Of a DNA stretch of 64,000 nucleotides, positions 40,651 through 53,647 are shown piece after piece. The stretch is from NCBI RefSeq assembly GCF_001194135.2, contig NC_068992.1, positions 21,128,516-21,192,515 on the forward strand, read 5' to 3'. How positions within the stretch are numbered: position 1 is the first letter of the stretch; every line of letters starts with the position of its first letter. Below the pieces are notes generated by a model that was given only the letters and a program-made list of their open reading frames with translations, ran no database searches and was not told the DNA's origin. A program made the translations under genes and the position numbers. Source of the DNA: Octopus bimaculoides. Its lineage: Eukaryota.

Positions 40651-41819
40651 CATACATACATGTATGTGTGTAAGCATATGTGCGAGTGTATGTGTTGTTT
40701 GCGTGTATGTATATGTATTTTTTCATGTATATATATATATACATACATATATGTGTGTGTGTATGTGCTTGTGTGTGCGTGTATGTGTATGCGTGTGTCT
40801 CTGTGTTTCTAAATTATTATATACGTACATTTTCAAAGCATGCGTACTTGTCCTTACATAACACTTTATCACGTAAACTAAGATATGCGCACATACATGA
40901 AACACACACAAAACACACACACACACACACACGTACTGAAGCACACGCACATAAGCGCACATAAACACAGAGAGACACACACACACATACACACACACAC
41001 GTACTCAGACGCATGTAATACACATACGTATCCAGATACATCTGTTTGCAATTGTTTGTAGTCTCCCCTTAATGCCATCTACTGACCGCATTTACCATTC
41101 TTATTTCTTGACTGAAATTTTATTAGAGCCATAAGTACCTCTCGGCTTATGTTGTCAATTACATTTCTACAATAATCGACCTTTCCGCTTTCTCACGTTT
41201 CTCTCAAGAAAACAAAACTTAACAATTTTCATTTCCTAATTGTCTGTTATCTTCGCCTATCAGCTTTATTAACCCTTAAACGGAAATCATTTGAGAAATC
41301 TAATGAAGAAATATACGCTGTTTCAGCGAAGATGTCTGAGCACATTTCGACCCAATGATATAGTATTGTATATTTTCGAAGAAATCTCTTAATACCTGAC
41401 TGTGCAAAACGTCTTCTTTTAGTCGGATTTGAAAAGGGGCGGTATATTTGATATACGTGCGTGATCAAAAACTCATGACTTGCACGCTTTTATGAGAATA
41501 TTATATTTCCGATCGAACAGGTATATGCCTCATACCACAAGACTATAACCATAAAAGAAGGAGATAATGTTGTAATAACATTAGGAATACTGGAGACATT
41601 TAAGTGAAAGTTTGCTTTCTATATATATATATTCTAGTTTTGGCAGAAAGGTTAACCTCAATGATCAGAAATAGGTCTATTAAAATGTACAGAGTGCATG
41701 GAAGTGTTATAAAACTTATAACGAGAAACCGGGTGTAGACACAACAAATAAAGGGAATCTAAAATACTCAAAGAAGGAATGACCTTCTGTCCAAATTTTA
41801 AACCATTATTGTTAACGAA

Positions 41820-42260
41820 TCGGACAAGATACTTACTGACATTTCGTACATCTTGATGTTCTGAGTTCAAATGACGCCTTGGTCAACTTTTCCTTTTATC
41901 ATTTCGCGGTCGATAAAATAAGTATCAGTCGTGCACTTGGGTCGATGTAATCGACTAGTGCCCTCCCCTAGAATTTCAAGTCGTGTGCCTATAGTTGAAA
42001 AGATTATTATTATCATTATCATTATTGTTGTTATTAAAGCGGCGAATTGGCAGAATCGTTAGCACGCCGAACAAAAAGATTATCGGTATTTCGTCCGTCC
42101 TTACATTCTGAGTTCAAACTCCACCGAGGTCAAATTCCTGTTCATCCTTTCAGGGTTGATAAATTAAGTACCAGATATGTATTAGGGTCGATCTAGTCGA
42201 CTGGCCCCCTACCCCCAAATTTCAGATCTTGTGCGTATAATGGAAAATATTATTATTAAT
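41820..42260 (+). mobile_element. Two tandem copies of the same SINE family separated by (ATT)n
   Basis: Cores at about 41865-41990 and 42036-42250. Confidence 0.8.
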
Positions 42261-42299
42261 AGTAGTAGTAGTACCATTATTATCGTTATTATTATAATT

Positions 42300-42960
42300 A
42301 TATGTCTGACTTCTGCTTTGTACTTGTACACAGTGACCCCAAGTCTCACACAGAGACCTCAAGATACAACAAGTTAGAGGTTCATGTTGGTGCTATACTT
42401 GCTCAGTTTTTGGTAGGTCTTGACAGATACGATTATGTTGATTGGGACAGTCATATCAATGAGGAGGAATTATTTTTGCGTGAAATCTTTCAACATAATA
42501 TCTGGCCTATTCGCATCTATCTTTCTGTCAGTTTGAATGATGAGGCAACTGTATTCATTTTCGTGCTGCATATCTTTCTACACATCTGTTTGAAGTTCCT
42601 TCTATTTCAATAGGTTTCTCTCTTTCTTTCATGCAAAATTTTTGTGTGTGGCAATCGCGTTGTTCTTCAGCCTATTTGCATTTTTTCCTGCTCTTTCTTA
42701 TTACATCTGAGTTGTTTACCTTGATTTCTTTGGTAGCTTAGATAGACATGTCCCACTTTATTGTAACTGTGCTGTTTTCATGCACCATGTTTGGTTTATG
42801 TTTATTACATTTGTTGTACGTGTTGATATTGAAGTTTTGTCGCATTGCCAAGTGGATATAGGCTACCGACCAATAGTGTTTGTGAATACACACGAACTTG
42901 GCAAAGATGCCTAAGCTAAAGATGATGTGGTCAACTAACTCAATGTGCTGCTTGAACACT
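42300..42960 (-). mobile_element. Internally deleted R4/Dong LINE fragment
   Basis: 3' UTR and RLE pieces are homologous to the 36.1-36.6 kb copy (CAAGTCTCAC..AGAGACCTCAAGA..CAACAAGTTAGA; TTGGTAGGTCTTGACAGATACG). Upstream is a decayed RT-thumb-like piece. Confidence 0.75.
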
Positions 42961-43289
42961 AACTACTAATCATTAGTGTATCTTTTACTATTTTATTTCT
43001 ATGATTTATTTCTTTATTTGAGCTAGTGGTGTTGAAACATTGATTTTATGCAACTAATATCAAAACGTACTTATCTGTTTTTATCCCAGGTTTGTCGATA
43101 CCTTTCTCATTATGGCATTCCATTTCCATTTTGTCATTTATTTTTCTTAAAGCTAATAGTCGTTTTGCTCGTATCTCGTACTGCTATGTCAGAAGAGTGC
43201 TCTTTTCTACTATTATTATAATTGTTATCATCATTTATGGTTTCCTTTCATTATAACTTTATTTCAGCTGCCTTAATACCCGGCATTCT

Positions 43290-43975
43290 CTGGAGGCCAA
43301 AAGTAGCAAGAGCAAGTTTGTTTTGCTATGCACGCTAAAATTATCACCACATTTATTCCATTTTAGATGCAGAGTGCTTTCCGTAGTATATGGGTTGTAA
43401 CCATCAAGGTTATCTTTTGTACTTCACGGAGTTGCAGGCAGTGGCTTAATATACTTCTCAGCTCCCTACTTTATCATTCCCAACACGCCAATTACTGCTG
43501 GTATTATCGTAGTACTAAGCTTCCATATTGCTGTGATTTCCGTTTGCAGATGTTTATAGTGAGAAAGCTTTTCGTATTCCTTTCTTGAGACATTTTGATC
43601 TTGTAGGACAGACATATTTATTAACAGACAAGTTTCTCTGTTGTAGTCCTTCATCACAATGTCTGGTCGATTGGAGTAAAATTTTTCTGTCTGTTTGTAT
43701 TGGGAAGTTCCAAAGGAGGGTGCCTGTACCACTTATAATACGACTTAATTTTGCAGCATTTACAAGTATTCCAGTGGATGTACAGCCCTAGCTTGTCATG
43801 GCTTATGAGGTATTTCTTTTCAGCGAGGACCGGACAGCGAGAAAAAACATGATCGACTGTCTCTGTGAATTTTCCGCACATTATGCATGGAGGGAGTGAA
43901 GTCCACCAACAAGGACGTTTGCATGATTAGTTTCTGGTAGGTATGCTCTGATCTTGCACTGCAATAGTCTTGGAC
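43290..43975 (-). mobile_element. R4/Dong LINE C-terminal fragment (CCHC plus RLE)
   Basis: MCGKFTETVDHVFSRCPVLAEKKYLISHD (CCHC knuckle), RPDIVMKDYNRETCLLINMSV...IPAVIGVLG (RLE), QKITLMVTTHILRKAL. Confidence 0.88.
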
Positions 43976-43986
43976 TATTATTATTA

Positions 43987-44035
<49 letters not shown>

Positions 44036-44048
44036 CATTATTATTATT

Positions 44049-44455
44049 GAGTGAGAGTGCAACGCATGCCATCAGAGTGAAACTGGGGTACAAATATACG
44101 AAGCCTAATATACCCATCATGACTGCCCAATAATAAGGGTACACCAGGCACATGCATCACAACCATATGTTCGCCACGTGGCAATTACATATCAAGATAA
44201 ACAGCACGTGGCATTACAGGTGGTGCCCAGTTAGAATTTTCTTCATATTGAGTAGCCCTTTGAGTAGCTACTTCATATTGAGTACCTCAAAAGTCCCGGA
44301 GTAAGGTTTGTTTAAGGATGATCAACGAATCACCGCTGTTTCAAACCCCTAAATATTCCTCTCAACACATGAGTATGATACTCCCCCACTACTTCCGCCC
44401 GTTATCGGAGATGCACATACCATCAGCCATTAACGGACATGCTCAACTATCCTTT
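44049..44455 (-). mobile_element. Non-coding interspersed element ending ...CTCTCACTCAA(TAA)n
   Basis: An overlapping homologous partial copy lies at 45085-45420 and a fragment at 15434-15480. (TAA)n tail at 43976-44048. No Pol III boxes seen. Confidence 0.65.
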
Positions 44456-44519
44456 CAGGTCGCTTTTCCTTATTCACCTCCGGGTTTTGGTCTTAGCTTT
44501 CCCTTCTATTTTTCTATTG

Positions 44520-45030
44520 CCCATACACTATTTTCAATTGTCAGATGTTTAATCTTTCTTCTCCATCTTCATTCTTAAAAGATTTTGGGTGTGTCACATT
44601 TTCACGAGCTATCGTGATGTCATCATTAACAGCAACAAAGTTTCAATCTGCTCCTTGATGTACCATCCCAGACTGGTTTGCTCATTGACAAAGCAGATCT
44701 CGCATCCTATGAAACCTCTTCTTCCCTTATATCTAGGTATATATAGTCTATCGACATCGCTTTTAATTTGCTCATTATCAACACTTAGCCGTTTTGTTTT
44801 AAAGGAGACAACCCATGTATTATTCATTGTCCTGATCTTCTTTCCATTGAGACTTCTCTCCACGATTAATTCGGCTGTTCTGGGGGTATTCTCGCCTAAA
44901 GGTTTCCTTCTCATACTATTTGATTTTGTCACTCTCCAAACTATTCAGATACTTATGTACACCCACCTCAACATCCTTGATTCTCTCGCCGTTGGGTTTT
45001 TCTACACCACTACTTTTCGTTTCTTGCGAT
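44520..45030 (-). mobile_element. R4/Dong LINE RT C-terminal fragment
   Basis: KSDVDRLYIPRYKGRRGFIG corresponds to the conserved DxxRLYxPRxxGGRGL motif of R2/R4-group RTs. Confidence 0.8.
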
Positions 45031-45084
45031 AGACATATTACTTTTTTTAAACACAAACATCCACTTTTATCTGAAACCAGAGCC

Positions 45085-45420
45085 GCTTAAAAATTCACTG
45101 AATAAGGGTTGTTTAAGGATGAAAACCGAAACACTCATCTTTCTAAGGTTGAATCATTCAAACCCCAAAGAACTCCTCTCATCACATGACTATAATATTT
45201 CACCACTACTCCTCTTCGTCATCAGAGATGCACATATTGTTAGCCAGTAAGGGATATATTCGACAGGTTAAGGTCAAGCAAATGACAAGCAAATCTGTGG
45301 TATTGGGCAGAATATTTGTTGTACTCCATCTTTTAAACCAAGACAAAACATGTACATGTTAACACTTGCATTCAGTTAAGATGAGATGCTATGAGAACCA
45401 CCGTTTGGTCTGGAATCAGG
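45085..45420 (-). mobile_element. 5' part of the same non-coding element as 44049-44455
   Basis: Shares TTGTTTAAGGATG, CAAACCCC and AGATGCACAT blocks with 44300-44450; AAT-like repeats at its 5' flank. Confidence 0.6.
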
Positions 45421-45870
45421 GCATTTATTGTTATCACCATTATTATTGTTACTATTATTATTATTACAAGAAGTCTTTGCCAAGATGGAAAATATAGAAT
45501 GCGTAAAAATATTCAAAATCCTATAAGCTGGCATAATTTAGTCATTTAAAAAATTTGCAAACCGTGCCAAGTATGATGGCAGTCGAGGACTTAATTCATA
45601 GAGGGAATGTAAAAACGTACTCAATAAATAAATAAAACAAGACCACCAAGAAGAAAGCGAATAAAATAAATGATAAATTGAATTTGATTGTTCACGAACA
45701 ATGCAATAACTGCAGGTGAGAATTTGGCAAAAGGTTATGGTGGAATACTTCAGTTTAGCTGAAAGAGAAGTAGAGCCGCAGTGATAGTGTAGAAAATATA
45801 ATGGGCGACAGGACACGTGTATACACACAGACACACACACAGGTATGTGTGTATACGCGTGTGCATATAA

Positions 45871-45919
<49 letters not shown>

Positions 45920-45969
45920 AATCTAATCATATATGTGTATATATACATATATGCGTGCGTATATATGTA

Positions 45970-46022
<53 letters not shown>

Positions 46023-46575
46023 ATGTGTGGGTGTGTGTATGTATACATGCCAGTATAGATGTTATGTATGTATGTATGTATGTATGTCTGTGTGTGTATG
46101 TACGTATGTATGTATGTGTGTGTGTATGTGTGTGGGTATGTATGTATGCATGTATGTATGTATGTATGTATGCATTTATGTATGCATTTATGTATGGAAA
46201 TAGAAAGAAAGAGAAATAAGATACAATGAGGACAGAAATTTATTTCCTCTTGTTACCGGACAATTTCAAATCAATAGAGACAATGAAAGATTCGTTAAGT
46301 AATTCTATTGATTTCTAGGCACATTTGTTACCTCCCATATAATCTTTCTGGTCGAAATAGACGAGACATCTATACATAGATTATAATTTTACGTAGAATG
46401 AATATGGAAAAACAAAACCTGCAAGCATCATCGGATGAATATTTTGAACATTATTTGAGGAGAGGAAAACACAGGTTGAAGCGGTTTTCATTTCAATGAA
46501 GTTATCGTTGATTCCCTCTCTCTATGGTAACTAGTTGCCACTGCTGAATGTGGCTAGTGATATTGCTACTACTAT

Positions 46576-46660
<85 letters not shown>

Positions 46661-47249
46661 CATGTTGTTGTTATTAACACTCACACAAAAGGCGACCACG
46701 AACTGAGTTCATATTGCCCCGAGGTTGATTTTGTCTTTCATTCTTTCGTAGGTGAAAAGTACCAGTCAAACACCGGGGTCGATGTAATCGCCCCCCCCCC
46801 CCACACACACACACCTCCCACAGAATTTCAAGCCTTGTGCATGTAGTAGACAGGATCATTAATGCTCACTCCGTAAGAACAGCATCCAAGATTAGGAGCT
46901 AAAAAGGATTGCCGTGATTTAAATTGATACTATTCCTAATACAACCCAACAATATTCAGGAGGTATCCAGCCAGAAGCAGCAGGTTAATTTTAGAAGAAA
47001 AGCATGAGAACTTCCAGAATCAATATCATGAAAGATTAATTGAATTGAATTTCATTCATTTGAATTTAATTTATTTTGCGACACGACGAAATCGTTTTAT
47101 AAAACGATTGAAACTGGTTGCATATTTGGATAAACATTTTAATACTTTCTTTCTTTTCTCCATTTTAAAGTTCAAGAAGTATGTTCTTTGTTCTTTTTCA
47201 ATATATGTACGCACAACGCACGCACAGATGCACGCGCGCCATATATGTA

Positions 47250-47263
47250 AGATCGGAAGAGCG
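47250..47263 (+). other. Illumina adapter remnant (assembly artefact)
   Basis: AGATCGGAAGAGCG lies immediately before an N gap. Confidence 0.92.
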
Positions 47264-47534
47264 NNNNNNNNNNNNNNNNNNNNNNNNNNNNNNNNNNNNN
47301 NNNNNNNNNNNNNNNNNNNNNNNNNNNNNNNNNNNNNNNNNNNNNNNNNNNNNNNNNNNNNNNNNNNNNNNNNNNNNNNNNNNNNNNNNNNNNNNNNNNN
47401 NNNNNNNNNNNNNNNNNNNNNNNNNNNNNNNNNNNNNNNNNNNNNNNNNNNNNNNNNNNNNNNNNNNNNNNNNNNNNNNNNNNNNNNNNNNNNNNNNNNN
47501 NNNNNNNNNNNNNNNNNNNNNNNNNNNNNNNNNN

Positions 47535-48110
47535 GCGCAAATGAGACTGAATGTGATACGCCTGTGTTTGTACAACTGTCTCTTCGTGCTAAGGAACACT
47601 ACATCTTTTTTCGCTGTTATTGATTCAATCGTAGTTGAATATTTCTCGTTTCGATGTGCAGATGTTCTCATAGAGAAGACAAAGACCATTCAAGATGAGA
47701 CTCGTGTCCGAAGCGCATTCAGTATATCATTTTATTTTTCGTCAATTTCTTCAGTTCTTCCTCTTCAACATTTTACTTACAAAGAGATCTTTCCTACACC
47801 AGACGGCAAACCGCCTCTTCTTCCATTAAACAATAAGATAAGGTTTCCCCTTCTGTTTCAATTGGTCTTTGAAGCGATGTTTTTCTGACCCGTTTTTGAT
47901 AATTTATTTTCAATCGTTCGAGAATAGAATACATGAGTTGGAAGACAAATCTCAGCCGTTCAGTTGTGCTGATCTGTTTGTCTGTATTTTTCATGACATT
48001 CGCTTATTTTTCATGACAATCGCTTCAAAGCTGGTCCTGCTCAGAAGACTGAGATTTGATCCATAGATCTACAAATTCGTTTTAAGAATGTTTTGAATGT
48101 AATTAGTTAC
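47535..48110 (-). mobile_element. Possible decayed tyrosine-recombinase (Crypton-like) transposon relic
   Basis: LILLFNGRRGGLPS (47801-47842) resembles the LFNxRRxGEP motif. The rest is stop-riddled and only weakly similar. Confidence 0.3.
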
Positions 48111-48160
48111 ATAAGGTTAATTGATCATATGGCTGTTTCTGTTCTTGTAAGATGTCTTTC

Positions 48161-48472
48161 GTGGAGGCGCAATGGCCCAGTGGTTAGGGCAGTGAACTCG
48201 CGGTCGAAGGATCGTGGTTTCGATTCCTGGACCGGGTGTTGTGTGTGTTTATTAAGAGAAAACACCTAAAAGCTCCACGATTCTCCGGCAGGGTGTGGTG
48301 GCGACCCCTGTTGTACTCTTTCGCCACAACTTTCTCTCACTCTTTCTTCCTGTTTCTTGAGTAACGCTGCGATGGACTGGCGTCCCGTCCAGCTGGAGGG
48401 AACACATACCCCATAGAAACCGGGAAACTGTGCCCATGAGCCTGGCTAGGCTTGAAAAGGGCGCATAAAAAA
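48161..48472 (+). mobile_element. Full-length tRNA SINE sharing its head with 3669-4055 but with a different 3' half
   Basis: Same A/B-box head and body up to CTTCCTGTTTCT, then GCGATGGACTGGCGTCCCGTCCAG...AGAAACCGGG. Short A tail. TSD AAGATGTCTT(T)CG at 48149-48161 and 48472-48483. Confidence 0.85.
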
Positions 48473-48742
48473 AGATGTCTTCGCATATGTGTGTGCATAC
48501 ATACATACATACATACATACATACATACATACATACATACACATCATGACTGGTACTGTAATGTTCATGGCATCGGAACTTAGCGATTTGGCAAAATATA
48601 TCGATAGAATAAGTACCAGGCTCAATAAACAAAAACTAAGTACTGGAAATAATTCATTCGGCTAAAAATGCTTCAAGGCATGTCCCAACATGGCCATAGT
48701 CTAATGACTGAAACAAGCAAAAGATAAAAAAATCATAAATGT

Positions 48743-48922
48743 GTGACAGTTAAGTATAAGGTCAATCGCTAAAAGTTGTCGAGGTTGGACCTTCGAACGT
48801 CATGCTTTTCAAATGGACAGTTCTACGTCAGTTATTCCAGAGTTGGCCATCGAGACACCTTATTCATCTATGCTCTTGTAGGAGAAACCATAAATGTCGT
48901 CTATAAAGCAGCCCTACAGTAG
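48743..48922 (+). mobile_element. Helitron RepHel helicase C-terminal relic
   Basis: With one frameshift it reads GQSLKVV-LDLRTSCFSNGQFYVSYSRVGHRDTLFIYALVGETINVVYKAALQ* (stop 48920-48922). This matches PIF1-type helicase motifs V/VI and the TxNxVYxEAL end typical of Helitrons. Confidence 0.8.
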
Positions 48923-49671
48923 TTACTCCTCAACTACAAATTTCACATCTACGCCAAACTGTAGCCGTTAGCAATCAGACTATCTACAAACATTTCATTG
49001 CTTTATTTCAGTGATTGCCTTTAACGGTATATTACCTTCAATGATCCTTCTTACTTCACATACTTTGTTCGCTCATAAGTGTGCTTTGACATTTATCTTT
49101 GTACATGCTATTATTCTATTTGTATGTTTGCTATAAATGTCTTCTTTTGTTTATCATACACTGAAGAAAGCATCAATGAGTGAGGAATTACGAGTCAAAT
49201 AACTACATGCTACAAAACGCTTCAGGTAAGATATAGGTTCCCTAATGCCTACTACAATTGCAATCTCATTTCATTTATTAATAACTGCCAAATTCGTGTA
49301 CCCAAACCTGCCTAAGTTAGTTAATACCATATAGTAAACTGCTAAAGAAAATAGTACTTATACATTTTACGTTTATCAACTTGAAACGACTTTTAACTAC
49401 TGCGGGCTAAGTCAACTTTAACCATCCAAAAGGAGTACGCCATTATAACAAATTACACTGTCCAAAGGATGTTTGTATGTCTGCATATACATTTCATTTT
49501 GGGATTTGGTTTTGAAGTTTCTTTATGTGAGTTCGTGTGATGAAGCATATTCTGTTGTGTCTGGGGAGAGTCATCATAGGAGGATAAAAATAAGACACAA
49601 GTGGAATTTTTACCGATGAGTGTGTTAAATTATAAGGCACAAAAAGAAAATGACTCTCCCCAGAATAAACA

Positions 49672-49714
<43 letters not shown>

Positions 49715-49842
49715 AACATGTATTTTTGCGTCTGTGACTGTGTGTATGTGTGTATGTGTGTGTGTATACATATACGTATATATACAAATATAATTAAGGT
49801 TTAAATGTTTTTGAATTTTATCAGTGGCCATCATATAAACAG

Positions 49843-49877
<35 letters not shown>

Positions 49878-49900
49878 TAGATGGATAGATAGATAGATAA

Positions 49901-49968
<68 letters not shown>

Positions 49969-51669
49969 TATAAAATTACATTATAATTAAAGAGCCAGAG
50001 ATTTCGGTGTCTATATGCTGCAAATAGACTCTAAGTCCGTCTAACCACTTCAAAATATCACTTTATAATGTTCTCGTGCTGAAAGCCAAGACGTATATAT
50101 TTATACATAGTTTTATTATATATATTATGTATGTGTACTTATACATATATCTATATATCTAAATTTGATTTTCTCCTTTTTCTTTCTCTGTCTCTATGTG
50201 TGTGTGTGTGCGAACGCCTATATATCTAATGTATACGCACACACATATGTGAAGAGTTTGGATAGTTGTGCAAGAATATTTTGTTCCTTTGAAATTTGAA
50301 TCTCAGAACTTGGAAAATCTGTATCTCTTATTTGATATGTGAAAAGGCTTCTTCAATCTCTTTGAGAATCAATAATCAAACATAAGTTTGTATTGTTAGA
50401 TCTTCTTTTTCAGATTTTTGATAGCGTTTCAATTAATTCATACTGATATAATTGAAATGTTTCAAGCCAAAGACGTAAAGGAGAGAGTGTGAAAACATTC
50501 CCAGAACTGATGTCAACTGGGAATCTAAATGAATGTCAGGAAAAAGAAAACAATACAAAAAACCTGCATATGCTAAAGAAGTGCATTGTGGGGAAATAAA
50601 TTCTAAACCAATCGTCTTGAAAGTACATCAATTATTTTGCGCAATTTAGGTAAGGTACAGATGAGTAAAATATTTTAAATTCATATCAAAGCATATAAAA
50701 GCCATACAATGAACATAGTAAAATGTTCCACTGCAACGATGATCAGATTCTACAACTTCGGTAACACTAGTGCTACTAGCAACGAACACAACCATGATGC
50801 AATATGGTTAATGAGCTCTGCCTACTAAATCACTATTGTGCAAATGTCTCGTATTACCAACAGCAAAACTCTTCTAACAGTAGTTACAAAATTATTGAAA
50901 CGAATATTACTTGGAAGAGACTTGATAGTCTGTTATTGGGTATAGAAAGCTCATGTTCTACAGAGCGGCTTTTCTTAACCAATAGAAAAGAACAATAAAC
51001 GCTGACCGTTATATCCCACACTAAATAGTAGTTGCACATATATATGTATGTGTGTGTGTGTGTGTGTGTGGTGTATGCCTGTATATATACATATATATAT
51101 ANNNNNNNNNNNNNNNNNNNNNNNNNNNNNNNNNNNNNNNNNNNNNNNNNNNNNNNNNNNNNNNNNNNNNNNNNNNNNNNNNNNNNNNNNNNNNNNNNNN
51201 NNNNNNNNNNNNNNNNNNNNNNNNNNNNNNNNNNNNNNNNNNNNNNNNNNNNNNNNNNNNNNNNNNNNNNNNNNNNNNNNNNNNNNNNNNNNNNNNNNNN
51301 NNNNNNNNNNNNNNNNNNNNNNNNNNNNNNNNNNNNNNNNNNNNNNNNNNNNNNNNNNNNNNNNNNNNNNNNNNNNNNNNNNNNNNNNNNNNNNNNNNNN
51401 NNNNNNNNNNNNNNNNNNNNNNNNNNNNNNNNNNNNNNNNNNNNNNNNNNNNNNNNNNNNNNNNNNNNNNNNNNNNNNNNNNNNNNNNNNNNNNNNNNNN
51501 NNNNNNNNNNNNNNNNNNNNNNNNNNNNNNNNNNNNNNNNNNNNNNNNNNNNNNNNNNNNNNNNNNNNNNNNNNNNNNNNNNNNNNNNNNNNNNNNNNNN
51601 NNNNNNNNNNNNNNNNNNNNNNNNNNNNNNNNNNNNNNNNNNNNNNNNNNNNNNNNNNNNNNNNNNNNN

Positions 51670-51708
<39 letters not shown>

Positions 51709-52486
51709 TGTGTTTCATTGCAATGGACAACAGAAAAGACGCCTGTCCCCTCTCTCCTTACAGCTACGTTTTCCTTACAGAGCAACCTTTTTGTGAGAGT
51801 GTATTTATGTGTGTATATGTGTGTGTTGTATCTATGTATTTACGTGGGTATGTATGCAACGTCGCCTGTATATAACAGCTGTAATAATGTTATCGTCTTA
51901 TTGCCACCTCTGATTTCTCTTTCACTGATATAAGTCACCCACTTTCTGTTGCAAGCTTTATCTCAGACTAATACATTTTACAAACTTCTTATCTTATCAC
52001 ATAATTAGTTCAATGCCCATGGGGGGGGGGGGTACCTTCTAGACTTTTACTGAAATTCAATTAGCCTGTTATTTAACTGGATGTTGGTGTATCATTTGTG
52101 CAAAGTTTCCTGAATATTGGTTCGCTGGTTTAAGTACGAAGTTGGTAACAGTCAAACAGAAATTACCGTTTATATATCTTGATATGGTACATAGTAGGGC
52201 AGCGAATTAGAGGTAATAAAATGTCAAATAAGGAAGAAACAGAGAGTGAATGATCGAGAGAGAGGGAATCGGTCGTGGTAAAAGAAGCTGAGAAAAATGG
52301 AAAAAGCAGAAGTCATAATCAATGAAAATATAATAAACATCGGCGTTTCTATCTGCCTTTTTTTGAAATGTGTTTCCCCGATTCGGCTTCCTGCAACCAG
52401 GCCCAATAGTTGTAGGGGGAAATGTCAGGTTATCGGTGCTGTTTTTTCATATAGATCTTATTCACCATGTTGTTGCTTTACTTTAG

Positions 52487-52588
52487 ATATTGTAGGTGTC
52501 GCTCTTGCAGTCATCGTCGTCTGCACCGTCAAATAAAAATGAACGACTCTCTTTACACAGTGAGACGGCTAAAAGGAGATATTTACAG
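52487..52588 (+). CDS. Candidate 102-nt symmetric exon (YCRCRSCSHRRLHRQIKMNDSLYTVRRLKGDIY)
   Basis: Acceptor ctttactttAG, donor AG|GTATAG, phase 2-2, open frame. An alternative frame gives a short hydrophobic terminal peptide (DIVGVALAVIVVCTVK*). No homology recognised. Confidence 0.25.
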
Positions 52589-52854
52589 GTATAGCGACAT
52601 GATTAATTCTCTTGATATATTAAATCACTGTATAGACTTGTGTGTGTGTTTGTATGTGTGTGTGTGTGTGTATGTGCATAAATGTATACTTACATACATA
52701 TTTGCATATGCATATACCCACATTTATATATATTTATACACGGTTACATATATATATATATATATATATATATGTAAATGTTTATATAGATATATACATA
52801 TCCATATGCTACCGTACATGACTAACCACACCCACACCCACATATATATGGTTG

Positions 52855-52892
<38 letters not shown>

Positions 52893-53610
52893 CATATATA
52901 TATATATATGTGTGTGTGTGTATCGTATTATGTAGATATCGTTTTTCTTGTTGTTAATGATGTCGTTCTTTGATATATTATGTAGCTTTTGAAGTCGGCC
53001 TGCTATATCCAGGGAATTCATGCAAAATCTCTCCATACAAATCATTGCTCTCCATCTGCTATTCACTTGTTCTTTAATCATTTTATTAAACAAATATTAC
53101 TTGGAAGCGACGGTCGAAAATTTTGATTATTCTATGGATATTTCCACTAAAAACACCGATAATAAACACATAACTTGATTAAAGCATTTTGCACGTGTGA
53201 GTATTTAATTAATTTGCTGCCAACGTGTTTGTTTTTTGGCCTTTTTAGTGTTCTTCTATTTGTTGTGGTCGTTTTGTTGCTTTTATAATTTCAAGTTTTG
53301 GTTTTCAATATAAGTTGTTAATAAATCCCTCAATACTACAGATGTTAGAATTAACCGTAAGCCCATAAGACCTGGTTGGTTTGGAAAAGGATAAAAGCAA
53401 AAAGTATTTTTACGTATGTATTCAATGATTAACTGTGTCCTCTTATGGGGATTTATATATTGAGAGAGATTTCCATGTTCAATAAACATAATTCACACAT
53501 GTACTTATATAAACTTCCATACACACATTCATAGGTATGTATTTGTGTGTGTGTGTGTGTATGTGTGTATAAATATATATATGTTATATATATATAAATA
53601 TATAAGTTAA

Positions 53611-53640
<30 letters not shown>

Positions 53641-53647
<7 letters not shown>

